From NCBI RefSeq assembly GCF_000025945.1, contig NC_006138.1, forward strand, positions 1,320,001 through 1,352,000: DNA of 32,000 nt. Reading direction: 5' to 3'. Both the position numbers and the translations under genes were made by a program. The notes beneath the pieces were generated by a model. The model searched no databases, was not told the DNA's origin, and worked only from the letters and a program-made list of their open reading frames with translations. Shown here one piece after another: positions 26,921 through 32,000 of this stretch (positions within the stretch are counted from its first letter, which is position 1; every line of letters starts with the position of its first letter). Source of the DNA: Desulfotalea psychrophila LSv54. GTDB taxonomy: Bacteria; Desulfobacterota; Desulfobulbia; Desulfobulbales; Desulfocapsaceae.

Positions 26921-27781
26921 ATGGGTAAGATTAAATTGGTAATGGAGTACTTTAAGCAGTTTAGCTCAATTTTATCAGCAAAAGTTGGTTTAATCTTATT
27001 TTTTTCTCATATTTTATTAGCTTGCTTTGCTACCTATATCATTCCCTATGACTATGGACAAACCGATAGCTTTAATATACTTAAAGGTCCAAATATGGCG
27101 CATTGGTTAGGCACCGACCAATTAGGGAGAGATATATTAAGTCGAACAATTATGGGGGGGAGAGTTGCCCTATTTATTACGTTTTTTGGCAGCTCTATTG
27201 CCATATTCTGGGGGAGCTGCTTAGGGGTTTTTATCGGATTTGTAGGCGGACGTTTTGATGAGATAGTGATGCGTTTTATCGATGCTTTATTATCAATTCC
27301 TTGGATCTTGTTTTTGCTTCTGATTATCAGTGTTTTAGGACAGAGTGATATAACATTGATCCTGACATTAGGGTTTTTCTATGGCATTGCTGTAATAAGA
27401 GTTGTCAGGGGAGCTACGCTTGATGTTATTACCCATGACTATATTTTAGCCGCACGTCTACGTGGAGATCGAACAAGCGCCATCATTAGATATGAGATCC
27501 TGCCTAATATTATGAATGTAATCTTAGTTGATGGAGCCATGCGCTGGTCATGGATGTTACTTATCTTTAGCTCTTTATCTTTCTTAGGCTTTGGTGTTAA
27601 TCCTCCGACGCCTGATTGGGGGCTCATGATTGCGGATACTCGAGGTTTTATGTCCGTCGCGCCTTGGGCAACTCTTGCGCCGTTAATCGCTTTAAGCTCA
27701 CTTATTTTTTCAATTAATATTATTTCAGACGCCTTATCAAAAGTGGCTGGTATAACTCATGATAACAGCTCACCGGTATAG
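26921..27781 (+). CDS. ABC transporter permease (DppC/OppC type)
   Basis: HWLGTDQLGRDILSRTIMGGRVALFI; YILAARLRGDRTSAIIRYEILPNIMNVILV. Confidence 0.93.
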   Translation: MGKIKLVMEYFKQFSSILSAKVGLILFFSHILLACFATYIIPYDYGQTDSFNILKGPNMAHWLGTDQLGRDILSRTIMGGRVALFITFFGSSIAIFWGSCLGVFIGFVGGRFDEIVMRFIDALLSIPWILFLLLIISVLGQSDITLILTLGFFYGIAVIRVVRGATLDVITHDYILAARLRGDRTSAIIRYEILPNIMNVILVDGAMRWSWMLLIFSSLSFLGFGVNPPTPDWGLMIADTRGFMSVAPWATLAPLIALSSLIFSINIISDALSKVAGITHDNSSPV

Positions 27782-27790
27782 GGAAAAGAG

Positions 27791-29443
27791 ATGAATTGTA
27801 TAATCGAAGTTTCAAATTTAAATTTGGGATACAAAAATAAATCAGGTGATTTCTGTCACATTCTCAATAATGTTAATCTTCAAGTTAAGGCAAAAGATAT
27901 TGTAGCTCTTGTGGGTGAATCAGGCTCAGGGAAAAGCACCCTAGCCCTTGCTCTAATGGGATATACAAACGATGATTGTATGGTTAAATCTGGAATCATC
28001 AATTTTTTCAATAAAGATATCTTGCAACTATCAGCATTAGAGTTAGCAGAAATACGAGGCAGTCAAATAGCATTAATACCTCAAAATGCAGGGCAGGCTT
28101 TAACTCCAACAGTGAAAGTGGGTCGACAAATACAAGAAGTATTACAGTTTCATAGCGATATTGATAAAGAAAATTATAAATTCAAAGTTATTGAGCTATT
28201 AAACGATGTTAAACTGCCAAATGCTGAGCAAATTTTTTATCGCTATCCGCATCAACTTTCAGGAGGCCAGCAGCAAAGAGTTGCAATAGCAATGGCTCTA
28301 GCGGTCAAACCTAAACTGCTGGTTTTAGATGAACCAACTACTGGTCTTGATGCCACAACTCAAGTTCATATTCTAGATTTATTAAAAGCATTAATACATA
28401 AACATAAAGTTTCTATGGTTTTTGTAAGTCATGATTTTGGCGCAGTTTCTCGACTTTGTAATAAGGTGTGTGTTATGCATAAAGGTGAAATAGTAGAACA
28501 AGGCGATATAAGGAAAGTTTTACTGCAACCTGAACATCTTGACACTCCATCATTCCTAAAGTCAGTCCCTGTTATTGGCAAGAGCCAAGAAACAAGCTCT
28601 TTAATAATAGAAGGAAATAGGCAAGAGAAAGAAGTAAGCATCTCGTTAAAGCAACTAAAGATATCCTATTACCGTAAAACTTTATGGCAATCAATAACAA
28701 GAGAACCAGAGCCTGAAGCCACAGTAGATAATATAAACCTAATGTTAAATAAAGGTGAAACGCTTGCTCTGGTTGGTGAGTCTGGCAGTGGAAAATCAAC
28801 AATTCTTAAAGCCATTGCTGGATTAAATAAAGTCAAAGGTGGAGAGATAATATTCAATGGTAAGCCATTAGATATACTTGAAAAAAGAACTAAAGAACAA
28901 AAAAAGCAAATCCAGATGATATTCCAAAATCCGGATGCATCGTTGAATCCAAAGCAAACGATTTTGCAGATTTTATCTAAACCATTACAACTCTACTTTG
29001 ATATGAGTAGCGCTCAATGCTATGAGAGAGCAAAAGATTTATTAGAACAGGTACATCTAAATCCGGATTATCTGTATAGAAATCCAGGTATGCTTTCTGG
29101 TGGCGAAAAACAACGGGTTGCAATAGCAAGAGCCTTTGCCTCGAAGCCAGAGTTATTGCTTTGTGATGAGATAACCTCGGCCTTAGATGTAACCGTACAA
29201 AATACAGTATTAAAATTGCTCAAAGAGCTACAAATAAAATTTAATACCAGTTGTATCTTTATCGCTCATGATTTAGCCATTGTGGAATCAATAGCAGATC
29301 AAATTGCCATACTTCACAAAGGTCGAATCTGTGAAGTAGGACCAACAAAGTCAGTCTTTGCCAACCCTCGTAACTCATACACAAAAATTTTATTAGACTC
29401 AGTTTTAAAACCAGAATTAGAACCTCAACTGAGATACGCATAG
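27791..29443 (+). CDS. ABC transporter dual ATP-binding protein (two fused NBDs, DppD-DppF type)
   Basis: Two Walker A motifs (GESGSGKST x2), two LSGG-type signatures (LSGGQQQRVAIA, LSGGEKQRVAIA), two Walker B (LLVLDEPTTGLD, LLLCDEITSALD). Confidence 0.95.
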   Translation: MNCIIEVSNLNLGYKNKSGDFCHILNNVNLQVKAKDIVALVGESGSGKSTLALALMGYTNDDCMVKSGIINFFNKDILQLSALELAEIRGSQIALIPQNAGQALTPTVKVGRQIQEVLQFHSDIDKENYKFKVIELLNDVKLPNAEQIFYRYPHQLSGGQQQRVAIAMALAVKPKLLVLDEPTTGLDATTQVHILDLLKALIHKHKVSMVFVSHDFGAVSRLCNKVCVMHKGEIVEQGDIRKVLLQPEHLDTPSFLKSVPVIGKSQETSSLIIEGNRQEKEVSISLKQLKISYYRKTLWQSITREPEPEATVDNINLMLNKGETLALVGESGSGKSTILKAIAGLNKVKGGEIIFNGKPLDILEKRTKEQKKQIQMIFQNPDASLNPKQTILQILSKPLQLYFDMSSAQCYERAKDLLEQVHLNPDYLYRNPGMLSGGEKQRVAIARAFASKPELLLCDEITSALDVTVQNTVLKLLKELQIKFNTSCIFIAHDLAIVESIADQIAILHKGRICEVGPTKSVFANPRNSYTKILLDSVLKPELEPQLRYA

Positions 29444-29466
29444 AAATTATTTTTTCATCGGTATAT

Positions 29467-29498
29467 GAGCCTGCCCTGTAACTGGGTAGGCTCTTGTT
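29467..29498 (+). terminator. Possible terminator of the ABC operon
   Basis: GAGCCTGCCC-TGTAACT-GGGTAGGCTC hairpin (one G/U pair) followed by only a short TTGTT tract, 24 nt after the stop codon. Confidence 0.5.
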
Positions 29499-29927
29499 AG
29501 CAAAAGTCTTGAGATTCTTACGATTGGTTGGCTGATGGCCGAATCTGGAGCTCAAATCAAGTTTCTGCGCCGCATCGAGCTTTCGGGCGATGCGGCGGCG
29601 AGCGAGTGAGCTTGTTGTTGTTCCAATCTACCCTGCCCTGTAACAATCTGCTTCTTTTTCACTCCTTAATAAGCAGGCATTAACTCCCACCGACTTATAG
29701 GCTGGTCTCGTTTTCACCACCACTCCACCGTTCCCGTCTGAGCGCATTCACATCTTTTGACCATTTTCTTGCCACGATAATCGTGGTGATAAATTAAATA
29801 TTTTTAAAAATTTTATTCCCTTCGATATACATAGTTGAGTTATATTTAAGTTTTTTATGATTGAGTATGGATAACGGATATCGTATGTTAGCATCCTGTA
29901 ATCTATAATAAATATTGGAGTCAAACT

Positions 29928-31148
29928 GTGGAGAATCAGAAAATGAAGTCCTGGGGTAAGGGGGAAGGCTTGTTGCTCTGGCTCTGCATAGTCTTGACTG
30001 TAGCTCTGTTGAGCTCACCGTCCATAATACATGGCAACACTCTCGATCAGGTTGCGGATAAGCTGGTAAAAAGGTTGGAGAGGCAGGTTGAGCTTGAAGG
30101 TCTTAATCTTCAGCTGACGCCGTCCAGTTTTTCAGAACAGGGAAGTGGCAGGCAGCACGCTATTGTAGATAGTTTATACGAGGCCGTCTCCGTTGCCCTG
30201 AGTGAGAGAGGCGCCTCCCCTTCACTGCATGAGATAGGGGATGAACCGATACGTCTGGTCGGCAGTTACTTAAAAACAGGCAGGTCGCTTGAGATTCATC
30301 TGCGTCTGAGAAAGATGGGCAGGCTTGAGAGCAGTGATATAGCCGTTGCTGATTATACAACTTCCATGGCAGGAATTGATTCCCGGCTCTTGGCTAATTC
30401 TCTTGATGTGGTTGCTCTGGAGTTAGTTAGGAAAATTGAAAGGACATATGTGGATATGGACGGGGCAAGGCTGATTGTTGAGCAGCCGTTACCGCTTGTT
30501 CCCAGCGAGCCAACTCTGCAGTTTGGTTCTGCACTGAAGGCTGCCCTCGAGCGTGCTCTGCTTAGATCTGAAACCTTTGGCGGGGCCCATTTCGGCTCGA
30601 CCAGGAATTGTATTAGACTGATCAGTAAATATAATGCGGGAGAGCCTGTGCAGATTGCCGTGACCCTCGAAGGAGAGCAGGAGCTGCCACTTGCCAGCGC
30701 TGCCGCCACCCTTGCTCGCGCAGATATCCCGTCTCAATTTTTTGAAATGATTAAGGATCAGGGATCTCGGGTCTGCGTTGCCTATAGGGCAGGATCAAAA
30801 AGGGCCGTCTCGTCTCAGTCTCCAACCGTTGAATTCCTTCTCAATCAGCTGGCCGCCTCACTGCACACGGTCAGTATAGAACCGGAAATTTGTGATTCGG
30901 GTCAGCGGGGGATTCAGGTGAGCTCTTCACTGAACATAAAGAGGCGGAAGACTGAGGATGGCTATGTCATTTTGTTTGCCGATCTGAATCTTATCATCGA
31001 AAATAATGGTAAAAAAATAGGTACAGTACGTTCGAAGGGCCGTCAGTCAGCCGGGCAAATGGATGATGCTACCAGTCTCCTTCTGGAAAAGCTGTTCACC
31101 CCGGAGCTTGAGCAAAAGCTGGCCAAATATATACTTGGCATAAGGTAG
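29928..31148 (+). CDS. Exported protein of unknown function, possibly with repeated FlgO/LpoB/CsgG-like domain
   Basis: 406 aa, signal peptide (LLLWLCIVLTVALLSSPSIIHG); LDQVADKLVKRLERQVELEGLNLQLTPSSF...SLYEAVSVALSERG pattern. Confidence 0.75.
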   Translation: MENQKMKSWGKGEGLLLWLCIVLTVALLSSPSIIHGNTLDQVADKLVKRLERQVELEGLNLQLTPSSFSEQGSGRQHAIVDSLYEAVSVALSERGASPSLHEIGDEPIRLVGSYLKTGRSLEIHLRLRKMGRLESSDIAVADYTTSMAGIDSRLLANSLDVVALELVRKIERTYVDMDGARLIVEQPLPLVPSEPTLQFGSALKAALERALLRSETFGGAHFGSTRNCIRLISKYNAGEPVQIAVTLEGEQELPLASAAATLARADIPSQFFEMIKDQGSRVCVAYRAGSKRAVSSQSPTVEFLLNQLAASLHTVSIEPEICDSGQRGIQVSSSLNIKRRKTEDGYVILFADLNLIIENNGKKIGTVRSKGRQSAGQMDDATSLLLEKLFTPELEQKLAKYILGIR

Positions 31149-31154
31149 GATTGA

Positions 31155-32000
31155 ATGATGTACAGAGTGGTCAGGATGGTCTCGGGAATTATATCTACGG
31201 AGAGGGATATGGGTATTGTTGCAAATAGAGTTGTTCTTTTTGTCTTATTAAGCGTTGGCCTCTGTCTAAGCGGCTGTGTTACGGAGAAAGGCGGGTTCGG
31301 GCGGATCAATGATGGTCATCGTCCAGATACCTCCAGAGAGTCAGGCTTTTCCACCCTTTCTGAACTCACCGATATCTTTAGCCGTGATCTTGCCTCGCAG
31401 GTTCAGTCAAAAAAAATTTACCTTGATCGGGCAAAAATCAGAGATGTAAGTACAGGTGATGTTGCTAACTTCTCCTCCTATTTACAGAATGAACTTGAGG
31501 CGTCTTTGAGCAGAACATTTGACCTGCAGGTTGTCCCCGATGGAGCAGATTTGCTTCTTGGCGCAACTTTTCAGAGATACGGTGATCATATAAAAATATT
31601 TTTTAAATATCACTCCCCGGATTTTTCGGTGAATAAGAGTATTGATTATCATATTGAGCAATCAAGAATACCAAGGGATTCCCTGAAAGAGAATTTACAC
31701 TCAAAGGCAAAGCAGCTTGCGGCAAATATTATAGCTGACGATCTTGAGTATAAAATTTATGTAAAGCCCTTTGAATCATCAAGGTATGCATGTGTCTCTC
31801 CATTTTCCCGTATGTTTTCAACCTTGGTTAAAAGTCAAATAGTTCAGATTCACAGGCAGGTGGAAATCATTGATGATTGTCCTGTGAAGGGGAAATTATC
31901 ACACTTGAATAGTGCGGGCAAGAGGGGAAGAGGTGGTGCTGATGATCATTTTGCCGATGCCGATTCGGTGCTTGAGGGTGAATATGTTATCAATGGCGAT
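31155..32000 (+). CDS. Partial CDS (runs off right edge): lipoprotein related in architecture to the preceding gene
   Basis: Open frame from ATG 31155 (alternatives 31158, 31209) to window end. Lipobox LSVGLCLSGC; LTDIFSRDLASQVQSKKIYLDRAKIRD...FSSYLQNELEASLSRTFDLQVVPDGADLLLGATFQRYGD. Not in supplied ORF track (no stop in the window). Confidence 0.8.
   Translation, partial: MMYRVVRMVSGIISTERDMGIVANRVVLFVLLSVGLCLSGCVTEKGGFGRINDGHRPDTSRESGFSTLSELTDIFSRDLASQVQSKKIYLDRAKIRDVSTGDVANFSSYLQNELEASLSRTFDLQVVPDGADLLLGATFQRYGDHIKIFFKYHSPDFSVNKSIDYHIEQSRIPRDSLKENLHSKAKQLAANIIADDLEYKIYVKPFESSRYACVSPFSRMFSTLVKSQIVQIHRQVEIIDDCPVKGKLSHLNSAGKRGRGGADDHFADADSVLEGEYVINGD

Noticed and set aside
29500-29900. Possible transposon remnant downstream of the ABC operon
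   Set aside because: Sequence has a decayed look and repeats GCCCTGTAAC twice (29473 and 29636 areas) but no transposase motif could be translated.
1-32000. CRISPR arrays, tRNA or rRNA genes
   Set aside because: None recognised on visual scan; a tRNAscan/CRISPR finder run would be needed to exclude them formally.

Overview
This is a bacterial chromosomal window, probably from a Desulfobulbales/Desulfotalea-like deltaproteobacterium (organism guess is inference only). Recognisable content: a secreted linear-amide C-N hydrolase; a PHB-depolymerase-type esterase; a Fic protein; a minus-strand TRAP transporter operon (DctM-DctQ-DctP) with a DUF169 protein; a HAD hydrolase; a Glu/Leu/Phe/Val dehydrogenase, 2-oxoacid:ferredoxin oxidoreductase and acyl-CoA synthetase cluster; a PilZ-type protein; a complete AT-rich peptide/nickel-type ABC transporter operon; and two adjacent exported proteins at the right edge, the second running off the window. 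The most unusual region is the accessory stretch at about 0.4-6.2 kb and 10.1-16.4 kb. It is a patchwork of diverged duplications and gene remnants: amidase 3' end, fic 3' end (two extra copies), a DUF2784-like gene, a paired small uncharacterised gene, transposase remnants and shared intergenic blocks. A zinc-ribbon-like ORF with a single in-frame TGA (3585-3989, minus) is the best candidate for recoding or very recent decay. I found no CRISPR array, tRNA, rRNA or clearly complete new defence system.
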